64,000 bases of DNA from Acidobacteriota bacterium. Its GTDB lineage: Bacteria; Actinomycetota; Acidimicrobiia; ATN3. The DNA is taken from contig QEUQ01000004.1 in assembly GCA_003577105.1 (NCBI GenBank), positions 22,156-86,155 on the forward strand. Direction: 5' to 3'. Position numbers and translations under genes: made by a program. The notes under the pieces are model-generated. The model searched no databases. It had not been told where the DNA came from and saw only the letters and a program-made list of their open reading frames with translations. This document shows, in pieces, positions 28,154 to 37,900 of this stretch. The stretch's first letter is position 1. Each line of letters opens with the position of its first letter.

Positions 28154-31100
28154 TCATTTCATGGATTCCATAAGGGTGAGGATGGTGTCTTTGGTGCGGT
28201 AGGTGCCGTAGGTGGCTTCGTCGTGGCGGCGGACGATGGGGAAGGTGTCGAGGATGTACGCCGCGTCGTCGGCGTTGATGCCGTAGAGGTGGAAGAAGGC
28301 GGCGTCGAGTTCGCAGCGGAGTTGGAAGCGGCGCTCGGGGTCCCACGCGAAAGGCGGGCCGTCGTAGCCGAGGTCGCGAGCGAATGGTTCGAGACCCCAC
28401 GACGTGTAGACGAGTTCTAGGACGCGCGAAGAAATCCAGTCGGCGAGCGTTTCGGCTGGCGCCCATGGCGCAGACGCGTCGTACGTCGAGGGCGAGAAGA
28501 CCGGCAGCTGCTTGAATGTGAAGAACTTCATGTGTGTGCCACCGACCTTCTGGCGGGCCACAAAGTCGTATACGAAAGCGTCAATGTTTCCGAGAAGACT
28601 GGCGTACACAACAGGAAGCTGCCCGCTCGACGGTAATAGCAGGAGGAAATTGTCACCGACGCCAACCAGTGGGATGAGGGCCGATATCGCGGTGCGCTCG
28701 TCGGTGCTGCGGGCAATATCGCGCCAGCCGAGGAGCCAGGGGCGGTCCCATTTGCCGGCAAGGCGGGCCGAGACATCCGCAGCGGGGACCCAGTAGCGGG
28801 GCAGCGGCTGGTAGTTGGGGTCGGCAAGCACGGAATCGGAAATGTCTGGGAGCTGGGTGCTCTTGGAGCCCGCTGGGAGCATCGAGTAGTCGCCGAAGCG
28901 GTGGTTGAACTGGTGGATCATCTTGGCCTCGTACAAGGGCACGTACTGCTCGTCGGCGCGCTGGAAGATGTTGCCTTTCAGTGTCCAGCCGTCGGCTTCG
29001 AGCCCCTCGCGAGTGCGGAAGAGCCCCGAGTCTGAAGTCATGTTGAACAAACCTTGTTTCAGCTGTGCGCCCCAGGGATTGCCTTCTTCCCCCTTGGACT
29101 CATCGATCAGTACGGGCACACGCTCGTAAATTGCCTTGGTGATCTCGGCGTCCCGCCGCGTGCGGAAGATCGGACACGTCTTGGTATTCGGATTGATCAG
29201 TGCGATGTCGGCGGGGCTGAGCGTGATTTGCTTCTCGGGGCGCGCAACATCTTCGGTCGAGTGTGCAAAGAAGACAAAGTCGGCTGCTGCGGCGGGAGAC
29301 TCGGGACCGGTAAGAGCGAGCAAGCAGAACTTGACTCTGCTGTCCACCGCTGGAAACACACGATCGCGGTTCTCGAAGTCCAGGAGCGCGACAAGCGAGC
29401 TCTGCTCGACGAGATCTTGAAAGAAGAACTTGGTCGTGTCATCCGTCGCGATCCCCGACGGCAGCACAGCGCCAACTCGTCCGGCATCCGACGCCAATGT
29501 GCGCATCCCCTCGGCAAAAACCGCGTAGCTGTTGATCTTGCCGGTTCCGCTCAGCGGGTACCTGCCGGACGATCGAACGAAATGGCTTGTCGCATGGCTG
29601 TTGTGAACAGCTCGCTTGAATTCCGCGTGCAGTTCGGGCTGTTCGGATTCGAGCTTCGCAATAAGCTTCTTGCGCTCTGCTCCTGAGGCGGACGCGATTT
29701 CGGGGTCGCGTGAGGCGAAGAACTCCTGTTCAGCAGTAACGAGCTGCTCCCATGGCGGGTTTCCGACGACGACATCAAAGCCGCCGCGCCATCCGGTTAC
29801 CTCGTCTGAGTCGATCGCGAGGTTGTCTTTGGGCGAGAAGACATCGGGGAAAGCCAGATGGAAGTGGAAGAACTGGTTTTCGCGAGCGAGCCGGTCGATC
29901 TCATCCAGAGTCCGGCGGGGCACCGGGGCATCGCCTGTCACGAGGTTGGTCAAGACCTCTTGGGTGACAGGCTCTGGGCCGTCTGTGACCGCGGGCCAGA
30001 AGAAGGCCGCACACCAGGCATCTGCAACCAGCTTTGCCTTCTCGAAGTCATCGGAAGCGACTAGGCTCCGATAACGCTGCTCCTTCTCTCCCACTTGGTA
30101 TATGGAGTCCTGCGGCGCATCCTCTAGTTCGAGGGCGCCGGCGCTGATTGCTGAGTAGCGCGATTCGAGGCCGCGCTGGGGTGCGAGGCTGAGCTGCCCG
30201 CCCTCAGACGCCAACTTGTTCCGCTTCTTATACGACGCCGCGATCTTCTTGTCGTCGCCTTCGATAGGCGCAAAGGCCTCGTTGGGAATCCCGCGCTTGA
30301 TGAGTGCCGGGGTGGCCCCTACGAGCGAATCGCCGACCAAGATCTTGTGGTCGAGGAAGGCCAGGGGCTTGCCGGGCTCCATCGCCTCCATCCATAGCGA
30401 GACTCTGCATAGCTCAGCTGCCATCTCGTTCTTGTCGACGCCATAGATGCAGCGGGCGATGACATCTCTCAGCGCGTGGCGCACCGCTTCGGGGGGCGGC
30501 TCTTCTTCGCCGGTGCGCACTTGAGCTACGCGGCGAGCAATGCGACGAGCGGCGGCAACGAGGAAGTGGCCGCTGCCCGTAGCCGGGTCGAGCACTTTGA
30601 CATCTAGTAGGGCGGCTTCGGGGTCGTCGCTTTGCTGCGCTCGATCCAAGATTGGGTCAAGTGCTCGATCTAGGAGTTCATCGATTAGCGATGACGGCGT
30701 GTAGTAGCTCCCCGTAGTCTTGCGCTCATTGCCACTTGCGACCTTGAGTTCAAAGGTAGCCGCATCGAGACTGAGCACGGGGTGAAGCTCTAGGAGCGAC
30801 TCGTAAACCGAGCCAAGCTCTTCTGCACCTAGGTTCTTGTAGTCGACCCTACGGCGCTTACCCGCTGCATCGACTAGAGAGAGCGACCTGATCGCGTCGA
30901 GAAGGCCGAGTTCGGGGCATCCACGTTCGTCACCAAGCCACCCGGTGACGAGGCGCAGAATCTCGAATAGGTCGGAGTGCGCCGTGCCAACCCTCCGCTC
31001 AGCGAGTTCGCGCAGGCGCGCAGTTGAGTAGTTGTCTATGTAGAGATTGCGGGCTTCGCCGGATGCTTCCGGGCCGAAGAGAAGGTTCCGGTCATCGGCG

Positions 31101-32008
31101 ACGAAGAGGAAGATCAGGCGATAGATCAGGCGCATCAGCTGGCGGTAGTAGGCGAGTGTCGAGAGCTCGCCGCTTCGCAGGCGGTCACGGAGTACGTCGT
31201 TCTTCGGGTGCTCGAGAAAGCCCGAGCCCAGGGCTGCAAGAGCCTCTTCGACCCCGGCGCGCAACTGGTCGAGGGCGCGGGTGCCTTCGCGAATGGCGGT
31301 GTCACGCCAGCGTTCGAGCCAGCAGGTCTCGGGCGGCTCTCCCTCGACCCGGGAGACATGGAAGAGCATGTACGCGAGGACAAAATCGGCGTAGAGATCA
31401 CCGTCGAAGATTGCTTCTAGGTCGAACTCGAGATATGCCTGGCGGGCGAGACTGGCGTTGTCCCGCAGGAGTCTGAGGCGCACGCCATTGGAGACGATGC
31501 CCCAGAGATGATCGTCTGAGCGGTTGAGGAACTCTTGTACCAGCGAGTGCGGGCTCGCCTGCGCGGCGCCGCGGGCGCCGGCCGTTCGCTTGTCTATGTC
31601 TAAGCGGGCGCCGATCAGGTGGATCGGCACATGGCCCCAGAAGTGCGATAGGGGGTATTCCCGCCCATCAAGCTCAGTCGCCTTGCGGGCAGGCTGGAGT
31701 CGGCCAAACCCGAGCTCTTGGAAGAGAATCAGCAACCATCGGTCGCGGGTGAGCCCGGTGGCATGGTCGTCTTCGGGGGTCTTTGCGAGTGCGTCTTTGT
31801 AAGCGGCCCATGCGCCGACGAGGCGAGTCCATGCGCGGTTGGCAGCTTCACCGAGGCGCTCGCCCGAGGCGAGGTGGTAGTCACCGGGGCGGAGGCCCTT
31901 GAGCTCGCTGTCACCCTGAGATATGCGGGCGACTATGTCGGGCGGAATCAGCGACCCCTCGACCGTGAGGGAGATGAACGACGCAGTCTCTTGGCGGCGG
32001 CGGGCCAT
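28154..32008 (-). CDS. N6-adenine DNA methyltransferase, Eco57I/PglX/DrmMI-type (1284 aa)
   Basis: 'TGSYYTPSSLIDELLD', 'VLDPATGSGHFLVAAARRIA' (motif I), 'VVGNPPW' (motif IV). Size and N-terminal region match BREX PglX / DISARM DrmMI-class enzymes. Confidence 0.85.
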   Translation of the reverse strand: MARRRQETASFISLTVEGSLIPPDIVARISQGDSELKGLRPGDYHLASGERLGEAANRAWTRLVGAWAAYKDALAKTPEDDHATGLTRDRWLLILFQELGFGRLQPARKATELDGREYPLSHFWGHVPIHLIGARLDIDKRTAGARGAAQASPHSLVQEFLNRSDDHLWGIVSNGVRLRLLRDNASLARQAYLEFDLEAIFDGDLYADFVLAYMLFHVSRVEGEPPETCWLERWRDTAIREGTRALDQLRAGVEEALAALGSGFLEHPKNDVLRDRLRSGELSTLAYYRQLMRLIYRLIFLFVADDRNLLFGPEASGEARNLYIDNYSTARLRELAERRVGTAHSDLFEILRLVTGWLGDERGCPELGLLDAIRSLSLVDAAGKRRRVDYKNLGAEELGSVYESLLELHPVLSLDAATFELKVASGNERKTTGSYYTPSSLIDELLDRALDPILDRAQQSDDPEAALLDVKVLDPATGSGHFLVAAARRIARRVAQVRTGEEEPPPEAVRHALRDVIARCIYGVDKNEMAAELCRVSLWMEAMEPGKPLAFLDHKILVGDSLVGATPALIKRGIPNEAFAPIEGDDKKIAASYKKRNKLASEGGQLSLAPQRGLESRYSAISAGALELEDAPQDSIYQVGEKEQRYRSLVASDDFEKAKLVADAWCAAFFWPAVTDGPEPVTQEVLTNLVTGDAPVPRRTLDEIDRLARENQFFHFHLAFPDVFSPKDNLAIDSDEVTGWRGGFDVVVGNPPWEQLVTAEQEFFASRDPEIASASGAERKKLIAKLESEQPELHAEFKRAVHNSHATSHFVRSSGRYPLSGTGKINSYAVFAEGMRTLASDAGRVGAVLPSGIATDDTTKFFFQDLVEQSSLVALLDFENRDRVFPAVDSRVKFCLLALTGPESPAAAADFVFFAHSTEDVARPEKQITLSPADIALINPNTKTCPIFRTRRDAEITKAIYERVPVLIDESKGEEGNPWGAQLKQGLFNMTSDSGLFRTREGLEADGWTLKGNIFQRADEQYVPLYEAKMIHQFNHRFGDYSMLPAGSKSTQLPDISDSVLADPNYQPLPRYWVPAADVSARLAGKWDRPWLLGWRDIARSTDERTAISALIPLVGVGDNFLLLLPSSGQLPVVYASLLGNIDAFVYDFVARQKVGGTHMKFFTFKQLPVFSPSTYDASAPWAPAETLADWISSRVLELVYTSWGLEPFARDLGYDGPPFAWDPERRFQLRCELDAAFFHLYGINADDAAYILDTFPIVRRHDEATYGTYRTKDTILTLMESMK

Positions 32009-32010
32009 CG

Positions 32011-34962
32011 CTACGCTCCCCCGCCCTGTGTTGCTTGTGCCTGTGGCTGGGGCACATAGACGTAGATACCGACGATGTCGCGTGGAAGCTCGGCCTCTAC
32101 ATCGACCTTGGCGCCCTTAGCTTTGGCGGCCTCGCGCACTCGCATGTGCTGTTCTGCGACGGCATCGGCACGCCGGAGCGCCTCGGCCTCAAAGACGGGC
32201 GCCAGGCCGGCGGCGGATTCGAGCGCGGCGGCGATGCGTGTTCGCGCATCCTCTGACGCGATGTTGCCGTCGGGGCGGGTATCGAGAAGCGCCTCGATCT
32301 CGTCGGGCTCAAGCCACTCAGCTTTGCCGGTGCTGTTGCGCCATGCGAGCACACCACAGTCTTCGACAAGTGACCGCTTGAGGCCGCTCGGCGTCTTGGC
32401 CGTGAGGTGGAACCTGATGCGAAGCAGCACAAGGGTCGTCGCCGTTGTGACACCCGAGGTGCGAAATGCGCCGCACCGCCTTGCGGGCGAGATCTGGCCG
32501 GCCCCGGGTTCGTCAACGGGGTCAATTGCGAGATCGAGAAGGTAGGTCGCCAATCCGTTGACGAATGGGTGAGTGCGGCTGAAGTACTGCGCTCCCTTGG
32601 GGGCGGGGAAATCAAATGTCGCAGTCAGATCGTTAGAGCCGTTGTGAGTTGGCCCAGGCGCCGTGTTGGTGCTCGCGTAGTCGCGCAATGCCCGAGGTGT
32701 ATGTGCGAGGTTGATTTCAACGGTATCGAGGGGTTTCGCGGTCGCAGTCTTTGCCGTGCCGCCAAGTGCCGGGATCGCGGTCAGTATGAAGTCGCGCACC
32801 GACCCCGGAGAGCCCATCGCCCTGCGCATCTCATCGACGACTTCGCCTACTTCTGCAGCGTCGATGCCGTGCTGGGCAAAGATCGTGCGGGAGCGCTTCT
32901 CGGTGTCGGCGGCTTGTTCCCACTCGCCGAAGAGCTCCTCGCGCTTGGGTTTCAAGAACTCATCGAGAAGGCGGAGCTGTTCGCCCTGTGAGCCCGACTG
33001 CTCTCTTAGTAGGAGCCCCTCGAAGATCGCCTCGACGAGGTTGTTCGAGTCGACCGGTACGGGTACCGAGACACCAGTGGCCTGGCGAATCGCCTTGTGC
33101 TTGCGGATCAAAATGTCGAGAACGATGCCGTCGATCTGGTTGTCGGTGCTGTAGTAGGTGAGGACTCGCACCTTGGGGCTCTTCTGGCCGAAGCGATCGA
33201 CGCGCCCATCGCGCTGCTCGTGCCGGGTTGGGTTCCACGCCAGGTCGTAGTGGACTACTGCGTCAAACCAGTCTTGTAAGTTGATGCCTTCGCTCAGGCA
33301 ATCGGTGGCAACGAGGATCCGCTTCTCTGACTTCGCGAGTTCGCACACCCGGGCCTCGCGCTCATCGTGTGGAAGGCGGCCGGTGACCGCGATGACCTCA
33401 GTGCCCTTCTTGAGCTTCTTTCGCAGCTGCTCGGCGAGATACTCGGCGGTTGGAATGAAGCGGCAGAAGACAATCGGACTGAAGCCGTCTTTGAGAAGTT
33501 CGGCAATGAGCTTTGTTGCCTTCTTCAGCTTGGGGTCGCCATCACCGGCGAGGGCCTCTGCTGCCTTGGCCATCTCTCGCAGACGACGTTGCTCGCTCTC
33601 GGCCACAGCCGGGCTTGTTTCGGATTCGATCTCGTCAGAGATTGAACCGGGGATTACGTCGCTTGGGTCACCTGCATCGTCATCGGCGAGGTCGAGAACA
33701 GTCCGGCGCCCGACCTCGTCGGCCTCTTCCGGTGTCTCGGTATTGATTGCCGCCGCCCGGGTTCTCAGCGTCTCGGCAGCAGCCATTGGCGATGACCCGA
33801 GAGACCTCAGCAGTGCAAGGGCCGACCACCACTGGACCCGGTTGCGATACGTGCCGGTCTCGGTGTCGCGGATCTTCTCTCTCGCGTAGTCGACGGCGCG
33901 GTTGAAGAGCTTCTGATACTCGGGTGTCAGCTCATAAGCGGCTTCGGAGTCTTCACGATCAGGGAACGATGTATCGGTCTCGAGGTAATGGCGGATGTCG
34001 CCCCTGCGGCGCTGGACCATGTGGCGCGCAAGAGCTCTCCGGTGCTTTTCATTTTGCGGGCCGTTCAGATCGTCGGGCATTTCGCGGAGCTTGCTGTTGA
34101 GTAATGCCACGAGCGACTTGAACGATTCGGGCTTGCCGCTATGAGGCGTCGCAGTAACAAGGACAATGTGGCGATCGTCGTCTTCGGCGAGCTTGGTCAC
34201 GAGCTGGTTGCGCAGATGGCGATTGTGGGTCTCGGCTCCAACCGAACAAGTGTGAGCCTCGTCGACAATCACCAGGTTAGGACATGCCCTGACGAAGTCA
34301 TCGCGGCGACGATCCGACTTGATGAAGTCGATCGAGACGATTGTCACGGGATGCGCTTCAAAGAGCGACTGGCCGAAACTGGTCTGGCGCTCTAGGCGTG
34401 AGACAGTCGACGGCAGTACGACTTCGGCTTCGATGTGGAACTTTTCTGACAGCTCGCCACGCCACTGCTCGGCAAGATGAGGCGGGCAGAGCACGCAGAG
34501 CCCGGTTGCGTCACCTTGTTCGAGAAGTTCCTTGGCAATGAGCGCGGCCTCGATGGTCTTGCCGACGCCGACATCATCTGCAATGAGAAGGCGCACCGGG
34601 TCGAGACGGAGCGCCATGAGCAAGGGCACCAGTTGGTAGGGGCGGGGTTCGACGGCGACCTTGGCGACTGATCTGAAGGGGCCGGCTGATGATCTGAAGC
34701 CGATACGCAGTGAGTCTCTCAGTAGGCGGCACGAGAGGTAGTCGCCGAGCTGAGAGGGGTCGGGCGGGTCGAATTGCGCTGACTCGACCTTCTCGAGCGT
34801 CGCGAGCACACCGGCTGCCTCGATGGCAGAGCCGCCGAGAGGGTGGAGCACCAACAAATCGCCTGCTGATTCGGGCTGGACGATCCACTCACGTCCGCGG
34901 GCACGCACGATCGACCCTGGCGAGAAGCGCTCGGCTGCGGGGGCCTGCTCGCTCACACTCAT
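32011..34962 (-). CDS. SNF2-family helicase (DrmD-like)
   Basis: 'LLIADDVGVGKTIEA', 'DEAHTCS', helicase-C 'TDCLSEGINLQ...RDGRVDRFGQ'; start overlaps the stop of the upstream gene (ATGA). Confidence 0.85.
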   Translation of the reverse strand: MSVSEQAPAAERFSPGSIVRARGREWIVQPESAGDLLVLHPLGGSAIEAAGVLATLEKVESAQFDPPDPSQLGDYLSCRLLRDSLRIGFRSSAGPFRSVAKVAVEPRPYQLVPLLMALRLDPVRLLIADDVGVGKTIEAALIAKELLEQGDATGLCVLCPPHLAEQWRGELSEKFHIEAEVVLPSTVSRLERQTSFGQSLFEAHPVTIVSIDFIKSDRRRDDFVRACPNLVIVDEAHTCSVGAETHNRHLRNQLVTKLAEDDDRHIVLVTATPHSGKPESFKSLVALLNSKLREMPDDLNGPQNEKHRRALARHMVQRRRGDIRHYLETDTSFPDREDSEAAYELTPEYQKLFNRAVDYAREKIRDTETGTYRNRVQWWSALALLRSLGSSPMAAAETLRTRAAAINTETPEEADEVGRRTVLDLADDDAGDPSDVIPGSISDEIESETSPAVAESEQRRLREMAKAAEALAGDGDPKLKKATKLIAELLKDGFSPIVFCRFIPTAEYLAEQLRKKLKKGTEVIAVTGRLPHDEREARVCELAKSEKRILVATDCLSEGINLQDWFDAVVHYDLAWNPTRHEQRDGRVDRFGQKSPKVRVLTYYSTDNQIDGIVLDILIRKHKAIRQATGVSVPVPVDSNNLVEAIFEGLLLREQSGSQGEQLRLLDEFLKPKREELFGEWEQAADTEKRSRTIFAQHGIDAAEVGEVVDEMRRAMGSPGSVRDFILTAIPALGGTAKTATAKPLDTVEINLAHTPRALRDYASTNTAPGPTHNGSNDLTATFDFPAPKGAQYFSRTHPFVNGLATYLLDLAIDPVDEPGAGQISPARRCGAFRTSGVTTATTLVLLRIRFHLTAKTPSGLKRSLVEDCGVLAWRNSTGKAEWLEPDEIEALLDTRPDGNIASEDARTRIAAALESAAGLAPVFEAEALRRADAVAEQHMRVREAAKAKGAKVDVEAELPRDIVGIYVYVPQPQAQATQGGGA

Positions 34963-37900
34963 GGCGTACCGAAGATCTCGGGGTAGCCGGCTGCAATCTC
35001 AGGCCAAGCCGACTTGTCGTATCCGAAAACAATGATGGTGTAGCCGGCATCGGTGAGGGCGTCGCGCTTCTCGGCGTCGCCCTTTGCCACATCAGCGTTG
35101 TCGTGAATAGGGCCGTCTATGAATACAGCAGCTGAGTACGACTTATAGAAAAAGTCGGGTTGTACGTAGTGGCCATCGATCTTCACCTGTGCTGCATCAG
35201 GCATGTCGAGATTGGCTTCGTCAACGAACTTCAACCACTCGCGCTCGAGGTCTGAATCGCATAGCTTCTCGAGTCTTGCCCGGTGCTCGGCACGTGTCAG
35301 CGGCCCCGGGGATGCAGCAACCTTTGCGTTGGTGAGATCCATCAGGAGCTGGCGAATCGCCTTGCGGTCGAGTGCCTTGTGGTCTCGCTGATTGCGATAG
35401 GTCATGAGGCAGTTGTAGCAAGCTTTCTCGCAGTCTTCTTCGGCGTTGTCGGCGCGGCGCAGGTCGTCGCCGGTCTCGGGATCAAAATGACAAATCTCAA
35501 GTGCCTTACCTGCGATGCCCGCTAGAGCATTGGGGTCATCGACTAGCTGACGAAGTACTCCGGCGCCGCCTTCGGCTGCTTCATAGAAGAGGAGCCTCCT
35601 CGGGTCGCCCCCGGTCGGAAGGGCTTCGGAGGCAATCTCGTTCTCTTCAAGTTCGTAGACGATGCCAATTGCCGCGGCGAGTGCTGCTTGGAGGGACTTG
35701 ATCTCTGCGGTGCCGAGGTCATCGCCGGGCTCGATCAGAAGGCAGTTCTTCTTGTCATCCACATAGGGAACAACCATGCGCTTGCTTGCGCTCATCGGGT
35801 CGCCGGGGTCTTCGTCTTCGGACAGCTCGTCGTTCCGGCCCCAATAGCCATTTTGGGTGTCGAGCTGGAAGCCCCAGGCATCTTGCTTCTTACGCCTGCG
35901 CCACCCGGCATTGACACGCCAAATGGTTGCCGAGCTTCCGTAGCTGAGCCGACCCCACTCGTCGCCATTGATCTCGACCTGGCCAATGCGCCTGTGAGTG
36001 CTGTTGCCTGAGCCGCCGAATCTGAAGAAGGCATGGATCTCGTAGCCGATGCGGAGGCGGTCCTCTTCATCGGAGGTAATGCGCTGGCGCCGCCTCGTGT
36101 TTGCGTTGCGCATCCGAAAGAGATCGGAGCGGGCAAAGCCGAGAGCCCCACCACAGAGGTGGCACTCGTCGGGCCCCGGAGGTTGAGGTATCTCGTGAAT
36201 GTATCCACATGATTCGCAGAGCTTGGCCGTACTCGTCAGGGCGTTCATCTCGTCGGTGTCTTTGCTGCCGGCGAAGATCACACCGTTGATCTGATACTTC
36301 GCCCCTTCGTGGTAGACGATCGCCCGGGGACCGAACTCGGAGATCGCTAGGAAGCGAGGCCGGCTCAGGTATTCGTCGAAGCCCTTGTTCCGCCTGCGGG
36401 CCGGAATGTATGCCGATATCGGCAGGCGAGGGAAGCTGTAGCCGGGGAGGAACCCTTGGCTCGCAAAGTAGCGGTACGAGTAGAAGTCAGACTGGCTGAC
36501 TTTTCCCTCTGAGCTGAGCAAGATCTTGATCTGTTGCTCGGCCTCATTGCGCAGACGCGTGGCGGTCTTTCGTGCCTCGGCTGCCGTGGCGGCGTTCTGA
36601 ATCACCGCGTTCTGGTTCCGGTGCTGGGATTGGGCGGCAAAGTAGAGCTCACGCCAGCGGTCACATGCCCGGTCAAGCTGGCTGGGGCACTGACTGATTA
36701 CCTCGTCGAGCCAATAATCTGAGTACCAGTCGGGGTCTCCCGGTCGCAGATCGATTTCGTCGAGCATTGATGCGGCCCTAGTCCGCGCCGTAGATGCAGC
36801 GGTCTTGCTTCTCAGCGCCTCGGCGACGTGGTCTTTGAGGGGGTAGTGGCCGGTCTCATTTTCGAGATCGAGGATGTCACGCAGCGACTTGTGGAGATCC
36901 ACGCCGGTGGCGCGGAGCCAGATCGCTTGAACGTGTGAGCGAATCAGATCTTCGTTGTGTAAGTCGATGCGGGGCAGGGAGACTTCGCCCGAGACCATCG
37001 CATCTTGGCGGCGGAAGAAGTACTGGTCGTGCGGGCTGCCGGCGGTGCAGTAGGTGATGACAATCGCGGGCTGGCCCTGACGCCCTGCTCGCCCTGAGCG
37101 CTGCGCGTAGTTGGCGGGCGAAGGTGGAACGTTTCGCATGTGGACCGCGTTGAGATCGGCGATATCTACGCCGAGCTCCATGGTCGGCGAACAGTAGAGG
37201 ATCGGCAGCTGCGCGGATCTGAAGTTCTCTTCGCGTCGTTCGCGCACCTCGTAAGGGACCTGCGCGGTGTGCTCGTGGGCTTCTAGACCCTTTGTTGAGA
37301 GCGCGGCTAAGCGGTAGAAGTCGGTGAAGAACTCGTTGGCGGCATCTGGGATTGCGGTGGCCGTCTCGTTGTCTTGGCCAGTGCCCTCTGCGTCGCCAGT
37401 GCCCTCTGCGTCGCCTCCGCTCGTGCGGAGTTCGTCTCTGACGGGGGTGCCGTCGCCCGGAACCCATTTCATGCCCGCTGCGACTAGTTGATAACCACCT
37501 GCTTGGTCACCTTTGGCTTCGTCAATGCACTCGACCAACCCGGCTTTGCGGAGATTCTCGAGCAGATCGAGAAGTACCATCGGCACTTCATCGGATCCGA
37601 TCGGCGACTCTAAGTTGGGGAAAGTACTTTTCTTTCGTAGGAACTGGCCGATGAGGCTCCGTGCCGAGCCATAGCGGTTGAGGCTGGACTCACCCCGCTT
37701 ACTGACCCTGGGATACAACAAGCCCGACTTCTCGAGGTTCTCACCTTCATCAATTGCCCACGGCTCGCGAAGACGCTGTTCGGAAACGCTGCGAATTCGC
37801 TCTTGTTCCACCGGGTCGAGATACGAGACCTTGATCAGCAGTTCAGTCCGCATGAACTGGAGGAGTGTTGTAGCGACTTTGGCGCGCACCTCGGGTGTGG